A stretch of 64,000 bases of DNA from Myxococcota bacterium (GCA_963676915.2 CAXXVK010000011.1:32001-96000); one strand, 5' to 3'. Positions 49,810-60,806 are shown, numbered from the stretch's first letter. A program made the numbers and translations. Notes: generated from the sequence alone by a model not told the origin.

Positions 49810-50559
49810 TTATCCGAAATCGCTGGTGTCGAGGAGGCGGTTGCGTTCCTGAAGTTGCCTGCGGAAGATGAAATTGACGACCTGGCACCGGTCGGACTCG
49901 GAAATACCGACGAATTTGATGCGCACGATGTATTTTTTCAACGTACCGTCCTGGACTGGTTGATCTCCTACAACGCGCCCCGCGATATTCAGTTTGGAAT
50001 TTTGCAACTGAATTTCCAAATAGAGTTCTTGCCCGGCTTTCAGCGGCTGATCGAGCATCAAGGCAATACCGCCGCCGCTGATATCGCGACTTTGAGCGGT
50101 TTCCCCTTCGGCGTCGCACAGAGCGGACCACTGCTTCTGGCTTTTCGTACGTAAAGCAAAGCCGTCGAGGTAGTGATCGGGGATTTTTACGGGAACGAAA
50201 CGGACGTTCAGATGGGTTCCGATACGGAAAAATTCGCGATCCACCTGCTCGATAGGCACAAGCGGTTGTCCCAACTCCAGCAGTACGCTGCGTTCTCCGG
50301 TGGTATCGGTGCTCAACTCGATGCCTTCGATACGAAACGTTCCAAGTTGAACGATGTTTTGCCGAAGGTATTCGACAAGGACTCTTTTTCCAGGTTGCAG
50401 CGCCTGCGGGGTAATCGCCTCCGGCAAGAACACCACAAGGTTCTTTAAGGATGCCGTATGGTGAGCTTTCGCACCCACTTGCAGGTAATACCCAGCCGTG
50501 CATTCAATCGTCAGGGCAACGAGTTGATCGTTTTTCGGAACTGCAAACTCGTGAGGCAT
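49810..50559 (-). CDS. PilZ-domain c-di-GMP effector (YcgR/flagellar-brake-like)
   Basis: REFFR (RxxxR) and DISGGG (DxSxxG) motifs. Confidence 0.85.
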   Translation of the reverse strand: MPHEFAVPKNDQLVALTIECTAGYYLQVGAKAHHTASLKNLVVFLPEAITPQALQPGKRVLVEYLRQNIVQLGTFRIEGIELSTDTTGERSVLLELGQPLVPIEQVDREFFRIGTHLNVRFVPVKIPDHYLDGFALRTKSQKQWSALCDAEGETAQSRDISGGGIALMLDQPLKAGQELYLEIQLQNSKLNIAGRVVGDQPVQDGTLKKYIVRIKFVGISESDRCQVVNFIFRRQLQERNRLLDTSDFG

Positions 50560-50839
50560 AAAACTTCTTCCAGGTCGATCTTGAAACGTCGGTTTCTAGT
50601 TTGATTTCTTTGACTCGGAACGAAGGACGATGGCGTATCAATCCATCCTCGGAACGAAAACGAAATCATTCCTTCGTACCTGTTTTCTTTTTACACTCGA
50701 AACGATTCGTTTGCAAACGATCGTCTTTCATGCCTACGAAAACATGCGTCAAATTCAGTCAAACGGGAATCGTTTCCCCACGATGTTTTTCAAAATGCCG
50801 AATTGTCCGTGCCAGGAGACTTCCTGTTTCCTCGCCTGA

Positions 50840-51003
50840 ATCATTCATGAAGAATCACCTACGACTTGAAAACTCTCGATGTTTCACTCGTTTCCCGATT
50901 TTCATCCTCGACAGACTATTGAGTATGCCTGCGGGTGAAATTCGCTCCAACTTCGTGAAACATCTTCGGTTTTCGGCGTCTCGCAACGATTCTCACGAAT
51001 GTT
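50840..51003. mobile_element. 164-bp MITE-like dispersed repeat, copy B
   Basis: Reverse complement of 30635-30798. Confidence 0.8.
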
Positions 51004-51022
51004 CCAGGCCGCACGGACGATT

Positions 51023-51433
51023 TCAGGCTACCTTGAAAAGCATTCGCAGATAACTATCGCTTGCCGACATTCCATCATGCTCTTCTCGTTTAGAACTGGA
51101 TGATGGCTCGACGGAAGCAGTCAGCGCTTGAACGGCGCTTTTTCCTCCCGGCAATTTGCGCATCTGTTCCAATCCAAACTGGAACTCGGTGGACACCCGT
51201 TCGTATTCCTGCGCAAGACTCTGGCATTCCGCATACTTGCGTTCCAGTTCCTTGCCGAACGATGCCTTGAGTTCATCGGACCAGTGGGTGGACTGGTACA
51301 TCATCCTCGCCGCCGAACGATAGGCATTGAGAGAACTTACGAGCGCATTGAGTTTCAACTCGCACTCGGCGTGCAACCGGAGAAAACTTTCCGGATTGCG
51401 ACTGGGCTTCTTTTTCCTGAAGTTTCCGAACAT
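51023..51433 (-). CDS. Hypothetical coiled-coil protein
   Basis: 136-aa ORF with an AGGAG RBS and a helical heptad pattern. Confidence 0.6.
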   Translation of the reverse strand: MFGNFRKKKPSRNPESFLRLHAECELKLNALVSSLNAYRSAARMMYQSTHWSDELKASFGKELERKYAECQSLAQEYERVSTEFQFGLEQMRKLPGGKSAVQALTASVEPSSSSKREEHDGMSASDSYLRMLFKVA

Positions 51434-51585
51434 GACAATCTCCTTGCAATCCTTTGCAAACTACTAAACATCCGTGTCATCAAATCCAATCGGTTCGTAG
51501 TGGAGATCCTGAAACAGGAAATTTCAGGTTTTGTGTCGGTTGAGTAGGGAAAAAGTGGAATGTAGATATTATAATTTACCAAAGA

Positions 51586-53661
51586 TTACAGATCGTCATC
51601 CGTTTTTCTCTTTCTGTAACCTACGAGAAACAAAAGAATCGCTGCAAACAGGAACGACCCTGTAAGCCCTGACATTCGGCAGCCATCCGAGGTTTTCGAG
51701 GTTGTTCCTTCCGAATCCAGGTCGCCGCCGACCGCTTCATCGTCGGATGTCACTTGCGGAGCTACGGGAGGGCAGGCGGAGTTGTCCGCCGGGGTTTCCA
51801 TACCATCGGTGGGTTTGTCGCAGAAACCTTGAAGCTTTGCTTCCACTTGCAGATCGAAAGGTGGTTGGGTGGTATCCGTGGCTTTCAAAATGAGGGAAAC
51901 CTGAAACGTTCTGGCCGGGGCGTCATCGGCGAAAAGCTCGTCGCGGTCAGGATTTTCCACGGTCAGACTGAAGCTGGTGGTGTCGCCATCGGTTTCGGGA
52001 GCGGATAGGGATTCGTCCGCATTTTGCCATTGCATCGTGGATAGGTCGAGCGCGGTGCTTTGGACTTCGCCGTCGGGATTGCCGGTTTCATCTACCGTAG
52101 CTGCTTCGATTTCCAGGACTCCGGTCCCGTGAAACGCTGCCGTTTCCAGTGTTACATCCAATCGATAGTAGGGGAAAATCATCTCCGGGGCCGGGTTGCT
52201 GTTGGCCGATCGCAGATCGATGGCGAAATCCATTCGGGAAAACGGCCCTGGCGCGGAAGGATGCAAAACGACGGTTTCGTCTTGGTAGTTCATCGAGTCG
52301 GTCCAGGCCGACATTCTAGGACGGTAAGGGAAGCCGAATTCCACGAAACGGGCTTTGTCGAAGGGGCTGGCGTTCGATTGCAGCACCGTGCCTACCATGT
52401 GGGGATTTTCGAACAGACGTTCCACAAGATCCTGAACGGAGAATTCCAGAACCTCTCCGACGATTTCCGGCATGGAGCGACCATAGGTGAAATCCCGGTC
52501 ATCGACGCCGTACAGGTGCTTGGTGGAGAGTCCTGTTTCCGGGTCGATACCGAAAACGGCCACGTCGTCCAGGCGTGTCCCACCGCTTTCGAATTCCACG
52601 GCGAGGTTATCCATCCATTTGTCGATGGTTTCGAGGTCTGGAACGATGTCCTGTCCGTCTTCGGTAACTTTCAAATACGAGGACCATTGCGCCAGTCCAC
52701 TCACTGCCCCCATGGAAATCTGACAGGGCATGGAACCGCCTACACCTTCTTTTCCGGTCATTCGCTGGCGATAGTTGGTGCTGCACTCGATGGAAACTTC
52801 TCCGTTTTCCACGATGATCGGATATTCATGGCCGAGGTTGTCGTACTCGGAAACACCGTATAGAGCGGCCAGAATCCCTTCGGAGGCGGACCCCAGGGAG
52901 GCGGCGTCGGTCATGTCCAGTAGAGACTCTGGATTCACTCCTGTGGCGTTTTCGTTCAATATGCCGGTCCAGTTCAGGTAATGGCTACCGTCGGAGTATT
53001 GGGAAATTTGTACTGCAAGTCCGAGATGCGGATTCTGATTTCCGAACGCGGTTTCGGCGTTTTCCTGTGATAGATATTCATCGTTTTCATATCCGTACAG
53101 CAGTGGATGAGCGAGGAAATCGGTAGGATAGCCATGGCGACCGTTGACGTTGAAAACCAATGCAGCTCCGGCACTGTCTACAAACGTGTGACGATTGTAG
53201 AGACTTCCGGAGGGATTTTCCCAGTCCGGGATGATGTATTCCATGTGGCCGCGCCAGTCCTCGACGGCGTGGGCGGCGTACCCGAAAGCCCACGAAATTT
53301 CATGGATATCTTTTGCATTGGCGATCAGGTGCCGGGACCAGGCGAAGTAGCGGTCCGGGTCGGTGTATCGTCCCCAGCATTCGTTGGAAATTCTGCCGTT
53401 GTCTCCTCCACAGGCGACCGTGCAGAACGAGGCCATGAATTCGTCGGAAAGAATATACCAGACGTCGGGACCATAGGAGCCGTGAACCAACAATCCCAGA
53501 TTGAACGCCTCTTTCCAGCGGTGGGAAATACGGTCGTGCCCATGAACGGTCAACGCGCTGTGCACACCCGGTCCCCAGCCCCAAGCGGGTTTCGAATCGT
53601 CGATAAGAAAAAACGACAACGTAACGAACAAAACCGAAAAAATGCGTAAAAATTGCTTCAT
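51586..53661 (-). CDS. Zinc-dependent phospholipase C/P1-nuclease-like protein with MYXO-CTERM-like tail
   Basis: Signal peptide then WGPGVH, GSYGPD and GYAAHAVEDWRGH. The C-terminus is SDGC plus a TM helix and RKRK. Confidence 0.78.
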   Translation of the reverse strand: MKQFLRIFSVLFVTLSFFLIDDSKPAWGWGPGVHSALTVHGHDRISHRWKEAFNLGLLVHGSYGPDVWYILSDEFMASFCTVACGGDNGRISNECWGRYTDPDRYFAWSRHLIANAKDIHEISWAFGYAAHAVEDWRGHMEYIIPDWENPSGSLYNRHTFVDSAGAALVFNVNGRHGYPTDFLAHPLLYGYENDEYLSQENAETAFGNQNPHLGLAVQISQYSDGSHYLNWTGILNENATGVNPESLLDMTDAASLGSASEGILAALYGVSEYDNLGHEYPIIVENGEVSIECSTNYRQRMTGKEGVGGSMPCQISMGAVSGLAQWSSYLKVTEDGQDIVPDLETIDKWMDNLAVEFESGGTRLDDVAVFGIDPETGLSTKHLYGVDDRDFTYGRSMPEIVGEVLEFSVQDLVERLFENPHMVGTVLQSNASPFDKARFVEFGFPYRPRMSAWTDSMNYQDETVVLHPSAPGPFSRMDFAIDLRSANSNPAPEMIFPYYRLDVTLETAAFHGTGVLEIEAATVDETGNPDGEVQSTALDLSTMQWQNADESLSAPETDGDTTSFSLTVENPDRDELFADDAPARTFQVSLILKATDTTQPPFDLQVEAKLQGFCDKPTDGMETPADNSACPPVAPQVTSDDEAVGGDLDSEGTTSKTSDGCRMSGLTGSFLFAAILLFLVGYRKRKTDDDL

Positions 53662-53746
53662 AGTGTCAACTCCCGAGAGGGGAAAGAACGGCTGTCGGTA
53701 GAATGTTTTCCATGCCGGTTCTCTATACCATGTTTCTTTAGACGAC

Positions 53747-53773
53747 AAAAGGCCCGTCGTCATGACGGGCCTT
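53747..53773 (-). terminator. Intrinsic terminator after ftsZ
   Basis: AAGGCCCGTC/GACGGGCCTT stem with a T-run on the minus strand. Confidence 0.75.
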
Positions 53774-53804
53774 GGAAGGAAAAACCTTCGTACATCATTC
53801 GTTT

Positions 53805-55160
53805 TTAGCGTTCCCGCTCGCGGAGGCGGATTTTCCGTCGTGCCGATTGAATGATGGCCTGGTCGTTGAAGATATCTTCTTCGTACAGGCTGTTGACGCG
53901 TGGCGTCTCGCGGCGCGGACGAGTTTCGCGGGGACGGATTTCACGCGGGGTGTCGGCACGGTCGAAGAAAGACGAAGGAAGCGACTGGGGCGGAGCCACC
54001 AGTTCTTCGTCGTCGGGCCTCGATTTCGGGGCATCGCCGCCCATCGGCAGGTCGTCCTCGAAAATTTCCACAGACGTGCTCGACGAGGCGCGAAGATCGT
54101 CGCCTACCTGCAGTTTCCGACGACGACGAGGAGAGCGTCGGCCACGCGTCGGAGTTTCCGAATCGTTGGCTTCGTCCGGGAAACCGGTTGCGATAACGGT
54201 AACTTGCACACTGTCTTCCATGCTGTCGTCCACCACGTATCCGAAGATAACCGAGGCTTGCGGATCGGCGCTTTGCTGAATGTAGGTAACGGCTTCGTCC
54301 ACTTCGGAGGCTCGAAGCTGGGTGGAACCGGTAACGTTGATGAGCACGCCGCGAGCACCCTCGATGGAGAGATCGTCGAGCAGCGGGGAGGAGATCGCCA
54401 TCCGGGCGGCGTCCATGGCGCGGTTGGTGCCACTGCCTAGACCGGTGCCCATGATCGCCATTCCCATGTTGGACATGATCGATTTCACGTCGGCGAAGTC
54501 CACGTTGACGTAGCCTGCCGTGGTGATGAGATCGGAGATGCCGCGCACCGCACCGACGAGAACGTTATCCGCTTCTTTGAAGGCTTCGACGAAGCCCAGG
54601 TTTCCGCCGTCGATATCCAAAAGTTTCTGGTTGGGAATCACGACCAGGGTATTGACGCAGGATTTGAGTTCCTTGACGCCTTCCAGTGCCGTGTTCATCC
54701 TTTTCTGACCTTCGAAATTGAACGGCTTGGTAACGACACCGACGGTCAGGATGCCCATGTCCATCGCTTTTTGTGCGATGACCGGGGCCGCGCCCGTGCC
54801 GGTTCCGCCGCCCATACCCGCCGTGACGAACAGCATGTCCACGCCTTGGATCATCTCTTCGATCACCGCCAGCGATTCTTCTGCCGCTTTCTGGCCGACT
54901 TTGGGATAACCGCCAGCGCCAAGGCCGCGTGTCAGCGATTCACCCAATTGGATCTGCAGGGCCACTTTCGAACGTTCCAGCGCCTGCACGTCGGTGTTGG
55001 CCACGATAAACGACACGTTTTTCACATCGGCTTCCATCATCGACGTAACCGCGTTGCTCCCGGCGCCGCCCGCACCCAGAACCGCCAGTTTCGCCGAGCG
55101 GAAGCTCAGTTCGTCCGCCATGTTGAATTTGATTTCGAAATCGTCTCTGCTTTCCGTCAT
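53805..55160 (-). CDS. ftsZ: Cell division protein FtsZ
   Basis: [33 protein letters not shown] and NVDFAD are all intact. ATG 55160 follows GGAGG. Confidence 0.97.
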   Translation of the reverse strand: MTESRDDFEIKFNMADELSFRSAKLAVLGAGGAGSNAVTSMMEADVKNVSFIVANTDVQALERSKVALQIQLGESLTRGLGAGGYPKVGQKAAEESLAVIEEMIQGVDMLFVTAGMGGGTGTGAAPVIAQKAMDMGILTVGVVTKPFNFEGQKRMNTALEGVKELKSCVNTLVVIPNQKLLDIDGGNLGFVEAFKEADNVLVGAVRGISDLITTAGYVNVDFADVKSIMSNMGMAIMGTGLGSGTNRAMDAARMAISSPLLDDLSIEGARGVLINVTGSTQLRASEVDEAVTYIQQSADPQASVIFGYVVDDSMEDSVQVTVIATGFPDEANDSETPTRGRRSPRRRRKLQVGDDLRASSSTSVEIFEDDLPMGGDAPKSRPDDEELVAPPQSLPSSFFDRADTPREIRPRETRPRRETPRVNSLYEEDIFNDQAIIQSARRKIRLRERER

Positions 55161-55223
55161 TCTTTCCTCCTTTGGGCTCCCTGACCCGAAATTATCCGTA
55201 CATCGGAAATCAAACAAGTTCGT

Positions 55224-56283
55224 TCAGTTTTTTTCTTCCATTCCGGCTATGAACGGTCCGCCCACCGTCCACGTCGGAAAAACTGCAACATTCTTTTCAA
55301 CTCTTTGAATTTCTTTCAATTTCGCGAGAGGCTGGTTGATTCCCAGCAACGTCACGCGAACGTTGTCTCCGTTTTCACAGGCAATACGGCGACTCCGAAG
55401 ATTGGTGTTGTTCACCAGCGTCATCAGCAGGGCTTCCACCTGCTCCAGCGCATTTTCCCGTTGGGGACCGGAGCGAACCGTCAGACAAAGGGTTTCGCTT
55501 TGCTCCAAGGGGATTTTCCACGAGGAACTGCGCGATATCGCTTTGAAAAAGGCATTGCGGGGAGCTAGTCCGCCCGCTGCCGAAGCCGTGGATACCGCGA
55601 TGGAAGCTTTCTCGAAAACTTCCTCGGAGAGTTCGTCTGCCTGTTCCGCCTGATCTTCTTCCAAAAACAGGTCGCAGACGGTTTCGATCATCTGCGCCAT
55701 TTCGTCGTCGCATTTTTTGAAAATCGTATAGGTTCCCGCTTCAAGAACGCTTTCTTCGAGGTCGGCTCCCGTGATGCGAATCACGCCGTTGCAGGCGCTT
55801 TCCAACTCGTCGATGGCTTTATTCGCCGTTTCCTGCCGATCTTTTCCTTCGAAATCGAAAGGAAGTCCGACCACGGCTACGGTGGCGATACCCCGGCGTC
55901 TGGCCTCGGAGGCGATGACCGGCAGAGCACCGCTGGCGGTTTCACCGCCCAGACCGCCCACGAGGACGAGTTTTGCGCAATCCACGCAGTTTCAAACCCC
56001 ATCGTCTGCGGGAATCCCGAGCACACAACGCACCGTAGCGGCCATCGATACGTCCCCGGTTGACCGGCGTTCCCTGGCCGAACGGCAGACGGCTCAACGG
56101 TCGTAAATGGGAAGATTCCAACAGGTCGAGATCGGTGTCCAACGCCAGCAACGAGACTTGGTCCGGCAGGCGTTCGCGAACCTTTGCCAGAACGTTCAGA
56201 CCCGCTTCTCCGACCCCGAAAACACCGACCTGGCAGGCTTGTAGCCTTTGCTGGATGTCTTCTTTCATTTCATTTTTCAACAT
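55224..56283 (-). CDS. FtsZ-like paralog with degenerate GTPase motifs (one frameshift near 55970-55995, probably sequencing error)
   Basis: ORFs 55942-56283 and 55224-55985 join into a colinear FtsZ homolog: GVGEAGLNV, DTD, GGLGGETASG, PFDFEG, FKKCD and VRVTLLG. Confidence 0.78.
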
Positions 56284-56313
56284 AATCAGATGCTCCTTGG
56301 CGGCGGTAAATTC

Positions 56314-57516
56314 TCAGGGTCCGAAAAATTTCGTGATTTTGTTCCAAAGGCTGCGTTTGCCGATTTTCGTGGCACCGTGTCGAGCGCCGTACATCACGAG
56401 TCCTACGCTCGTAGAAAACTTCGGCTTGGATACCATGTCCGTAAGTCCGGTGAATCCTTTGGGTTTCGCGACACGTACCGGCATATCGAACATTTCTTCG
56501 GCCAGCGTTTCGATGCCTTTGAGCGAGGTGCAGCCTCCCGTAAGGACCACTCCCGCTCCGATGTAGCCTGCCATGCCGGAGGCTTCGATGTTGCTGATGA
56601 TGGCCGAAAAAATCTCTTCCATGCGCGCTTCGATGATGTCGCATAACGCCATACGGCTGATCAGGTGACTGGCCCCCACGCCGACCCTTGGAACGTCCAC
56701 GGTGTCGGTGTTGTTGACCAACTCGGCCAGGGCGCAGCCTTCGTGTTCCTTGATGCGTTCGGCGTCTTCGGGTGGTGTGCGCAGGCTGACGGCGATGTCG
56801 TTGGAAATCATGTCCCCGCCGGAAGCGATGACTCCGGCATGGAGAAGCGCGCCCTTGGAGTAAATCAGGATGTCCGAGGTTCCCGCGCCGATATCCACGA
56901 AGATGCAGCCCAGGTCTTTTTCCGGAGGCGTCAACGTGGCGTAGGAAGCGGCCAGCGGATCGAAAATCATATCGCAGACATTCACCCCGGCCTTGTTGCA
57001 GCAGCGCTCGATATTCTGCATGGCGGTCGCGGCGGCGGTGATGATGTGAACCTGAGTTTTCAGCCGCACGCCGCTGATGCCCAGTGGCACTTTGACTCCG
57101 GCCTGGTCGTCCACGATGTATTCCTGGACTTTGGTGTGGAGAACTTTGCGGTCCATGGGGATCGGCACGGCATTGGCCTGTTCCAATACGCGGTCGATGT
57201 CGCTCTGTTCGATTTCCTTGCCTTTGATGGGCACGACGCCATCGCTGTTTTCACCCTTGATATGCGGGCCGCTGATACCGACGAAAACGTCCGAAATCTG
57301 TACCCCGGCCATCAGTTCGGCGTCTTCCACCGAACTGCGGATGGAATGCACCGTTTCCTCGATGTTCGTGATGCTTCCACTGGACATACCCGAGGATTTC
57401 TGCGTTCCCACGCCGATGACTTCAACTTCGCCGTCTTCTTTTACTTCGCTGGCAATACAGCGGGTATCGGATGTTCCGATATCGAGACTGGCGATGATTT
57501 CTCCTTTTTTGGCCAT
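56314..57516 (-). CDS. ftsA: Cell division protein FtsA
   Basis: IIASLDIGTS, PLGISGVRL, VDIGAGTS, AERIK and VVLTGG. Has its own ATG at 57516. Confidence 0.96.
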   Translation of the reverse strand: MAKKGEIIASLDIGTSDTRCIASEVKEDGEVEVIGVGTQKSSGMSSGSITNIEETVHSIRSSVEDAELMAGVQISDVFVGISGPHIKGENSDGVVPIKGKEIEQSDIDRVLEQANAVPIPMDRKVLHTKVQEYIVDDQAGVKVPLGISGVRLKTQVHIITAAATAMQNIERCCNKAGVNVCDMIFDPLAASYATLTPPEKDLGCIFVDIGAGTSDILIYSKGALLHAGVIASGGDMISNDIAVSLRTPPEDAERIKEHEGCALAELVNNTDTVDVPRVGVGASHLISRMALCDIIEARMEEIFSAIISNIEASGMAGYIGAGVVLTGGCTSLKGIETLAEEMFDMPVRVAKPKGFTGLTDMVSKPKFSTSVGLVMYGARHGATKIGKRSLWNKITKFFGP

Positions 57517-57518
57517 GG

Positions 57519-58434
57519 TTACCTTCCCATCTCCTCTTGTCCGAAATCCTCGGGCTTCGGAGCCTGGAACCGTATGGAGATTTTTTCCGAATGGTTTCTG
57601 TTGTTCAAGTTGATGCGGAGCGGCTTGCGTTCTCCCTGGAAAAGGTCCGTCCAGTTTTTCCTGAAGACGGTCGAGTTTGCGTTGCCAGTTGTCGTCCCCG
57701 ACGATCACTTTGGTGGGGATCGATCCGACGAGCAGTGCAAATCCCGTCGTTTCCAGAATCACTTCGTGCAGGTCGGCTCTTTTCGACAAAGGATGCTCAC
57801 GATAAAGCCGAATCAGGTCGAAAGCGTTCGTAACGTTCTCGCTTACCTTTTTCTTTTCTTCTTCTTTGGCGTTGTTTTTATTCTTTTGGTTTTCTTTTTG
57901 ATCTTTCGTCTCGAAATCCGCCGGTTTCAACCCACGGATCAAGGTGTATTCGTCAATGGAATCCAAATCGGCGAGTTTGAAAGGTTCGAGGTCGGTATTG
58001 AGATACACGTAGGCTCCCAGGTCAACCACGGCCACGACCTTTTGTTCGGTGACGGCGATGGTCAGCGAACGGTTCAGCCAGTTTCGCGTAATGTCGGCCT
58101 GTGCCACCCACGGAAGTTTCTCGACCTTTCGGGCGGCGGGTTTGGTGTCCATCCCGACGAGATCCATTCCCTGGGTTATTCCCGATTGGAAGATCACAGC
58201 ATCATTGGGAGTTTTTTCACTGCCGGTGACATGGATTTGTTGGAGTTCGATCAGTCCGAACGACGAAACCGGAACGATTCCTTCCCAGGCCAGTGCGGCA
58301 TAGACGAAGACGGACGCCAGGATCACGGTTCCCAGGATTTTTCCGATGTTTCGCGAGGGTGGCGCGACTTCATTCGGATGTTCCAGCTTCCGGTTTTTTC
58401 TCAGCAGAATGTTTGCCGTTCTCTGCGGAGCCAT
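57519..58434 (-). CDS. ftsQ: Cell division protein FtsQ (apparent single-base insertion near 57648)
   Basis: TM helix and POTRA domain (LPWVAQADITR). Removing one base gives ...KPLRINLNNR...EMGR* ending just before ftsA. Confidence 0.85.
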
Positions 58435-58447
58435 AATCGTTAGCCTT

Positions 58448-59409
58448 TCAAGCTTCGGAACTCGTCCGTTCGAGTCCCAGCGAGGCGTCCAACAACATTT
58501 CTTCCATCAAATCGTCGAAACCGATTCCCACACCCTGTGCGATTTTCGGCACGAGGCTGTGAGATGTGAGTCCGGGCATGGTGTTGATTTCCAGCACTAC
58601 CGTTCCTCGTGTTTTGTGAAAAACAAGGTCCGTTCGGGTTACGCCACTGCATCCGAGGGCTTTGTGCGTTTTCAGTGCAAGTTCGCAGCATTCTTTGTAA
58701 TCTTTGGGTTGAATGCTGGGCGGGTACAGGTAGCGTGTATCGTTGGTCAGGTACTTGGCTTCGTAATCGTAAAATTCTCCTTGAGGAACGATTTCAATGG
58801 CTCCAAGCACCCGTCCGCACAAAATCGCTACATTGATTTCCTTGCCTGGCCTGAATTCCTGAATCAAAAGAGTGTTTTCACCTTCTGTCGCTTTCTCTAC
58901 CGCCGGTGGCAATTCGTCGGGATTGCGCACGATGGAGACGCCGACGCTGGAGCCTTCGGTGTTCGGTTTGACCACCACCGGCAAGGGGAAATCCAGGTCT
59001 TCCGCTTTGAGCAGGCGGGCGTCTTCGGCGTCGAAGCGTTGGTATTTTGGGACGGGAATTCCGCTGGCCTGCAAGACACGGGCGCTGAAATCCTTGTCCA
59101 TCGCCAGCGCGGAGGACATGACTTTCGAACCGGTGTAGGGGATGTTCATCATTTCGAGCATCCCTTGCAGACAGCCGTCCTCGCCCCATTTGCCATGCAG
59201 AGCGATGAAAGCCACCTCGATCTCGTTTTTACGCAGATCTTCGGCCACGTTCGGACTAACGTCGATTTCAATGACTTGATATTGTTTGCGTTTCAGGGCG
59301 GCGAGGGCAGCGCGTCCCGGTCTCGAACGAAACTTCGCGTTCCCGCCGATTCCCCACCAAGGAGTACGGCAACCTTTTTTTGCAGCATGGCTTCCCGGCT
59401 AAAACTCAT
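58448..59409 (-). CDS. ddl: D-alanine--D-alanine ligase (two apparent G insertions near the 5' end)
   Basis: After correction VAVLLGGESAEREVS. Also ALHGKWGEDG, MDK, EGSSVG, YDYEAKY and LEINTMPG. Confidence 0.93.
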
Positions 59410-60806
59410 GGCGCTTTCCCTTCTTTTTCCTTCAGCATCGAAAGAACGTCCAGTCCCGTCCGGTGGATATCTCCCGGCCACCAAGGGTCAACAGCAGTTC
59501 ACCCGGATCCCAGCGTTTCCACGGCCCGGCGTCCGGCCTTGTCCCGGTCGCCCACGTATTCGACCTGAACGCCCCTGATTCTTGATTCGCTCGACGAGCG
59601 TCTGGCTGTCGATTCCTTCGATGGGCGGTTCGCTGGCCGCGTAAATATCCGTAACGATCAACCGATCGACGTTTTCGAAAGACTGGGCGAATTCGTCCAT
59701 CAGGTCGCGGGTTCGTGTGTAGCGGTGTGGCTGGAACAGCACCGTAATCGCCCCGTCGAAGCATTCTCTTGCAGCTTTAAGGGTGGCGCGAATTTCCGAG
59801 GGATGGTGCCCATAGTCGTCCACGACCGTTACACCGCCAGCTCGACCCTTGATCTGGAACCGGCGTTCCACACCATCGAAAGTTGCGAGGGCTTCGGTCA
59901 GAGTCGCCACGGGAATGTCCAGTTCGAATCCCACGATAAAAGCCGCCAGGGCGTTCAATACGTTGTGGTGTCCCGGTAAGGGAACCTGTACACGGCCAAG
60001 TTCCTTGTCGCCGTATACGATGTCGAATTCCATGCAGAGATTCCGGGCGCGAATGCGGGTGGCGCGGAAATCGTTTGCCTTCTTCGAGGCCGTAGGTAAC
60101 GTTTCGACCCTTGATACGTCCGCTGATTTCCCGGACGATCGGATCGTCTCCGCATAATACGTTCACGCCGTAAAATGGAATGCTGCTTGCGAAACTGACG
60201 AAGGCGTCTTTCTAACGCGTCGAAAGAGCCATAATAATCCAGGTGTTCTCTGTCGATGTTGGTGACGACGGTCAGCATTGGTGTGAGTCGCAGGAAACTG
60301 CCGTCCGACTCGTCGGCTTCGGCGACCAGCATCGAACCTTCACCCAGGCGGGCATTGGTGGCCGTAGCTCGTCAGTCGTCCTCCCACGAAAAAGGTGGGG
60401 GTCCATTCCGGCGGCGGAAAGCAGCCAGGCGATCAAGCTGGTGGTAGTGGTTTTGCCGTGCGATCCTGCCACGGCGATACCTTCCTTGAGGCGCATCAGT
60501 TCGGCCAGCATCTGGGCTCGCGGAATCACGGGGATTCCCCCGGCGGATGGGCCTCGGCCAGTTCGGGGTTGTCCGAACGGAATGGCCGAAGAACAGACCA
60601 ACACGTTGGCGTCGCCAAGGTTTGACGAATCGTGCTTGAAATTGTAGCCGAACGCCGAGTTGCTCCAGTCGTTTCGTGTAGCGCGACTTTTTGAGGTCGG
60701 ACCCCGAAACCTTGAACCGCAATCCCGTAAGCACTTCGGCCAGTCCGCACATGCCGACTCCGCCGATGCCTACGAAATGCACGTTTTTGAAGCGTTTTAG
60801 CAACAT
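59406..60806 (-). CDS. murC: UDP-N-acetylmuramate--L-alanine ligase (multiple apparent frameshifts)
   Basis: Colinear fragments: [47 protein letters not shown] and FQPHRYTRT. The stop overlaps the ddl ATG. Confidence 0.92.

Noticed and set aside
50795-50815. Sigma-54 promoter or c-di-GMP riboswitch upstream of the PilZ gene
   Set aside because: TGGCAC is present but the -12 GC is missing (ATTC), and I could not find the riboswitch consensus.
30501-51053. Paralogous ORFs containing MKNHLRLEN (30501-30791 and within 50601-51053)
   Set aside because: They are translations of the 164-bp repeat, and the similarity stops at the repeat boundary.
56314-58434. 706-aa FtsQ-FtsA fusion in the ORF track
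   Set aside because: Deleting one base near 57648 gives a plausible FtsQ C-terminus ending in TAA 2 nt before the ftsA ATG. The region is rich in similar single-base insertions, so the fusion is most likely an artefact.
7164-58443. Long antisense ORFs (e.g. 7164-8354, 13937-15619, 15733-17616, 39595-40746, 56665-58443)
   Set aside because: They are shadows of well-supported genes on the opposite strand, expected from codon bias, and have no recognisable motifs.
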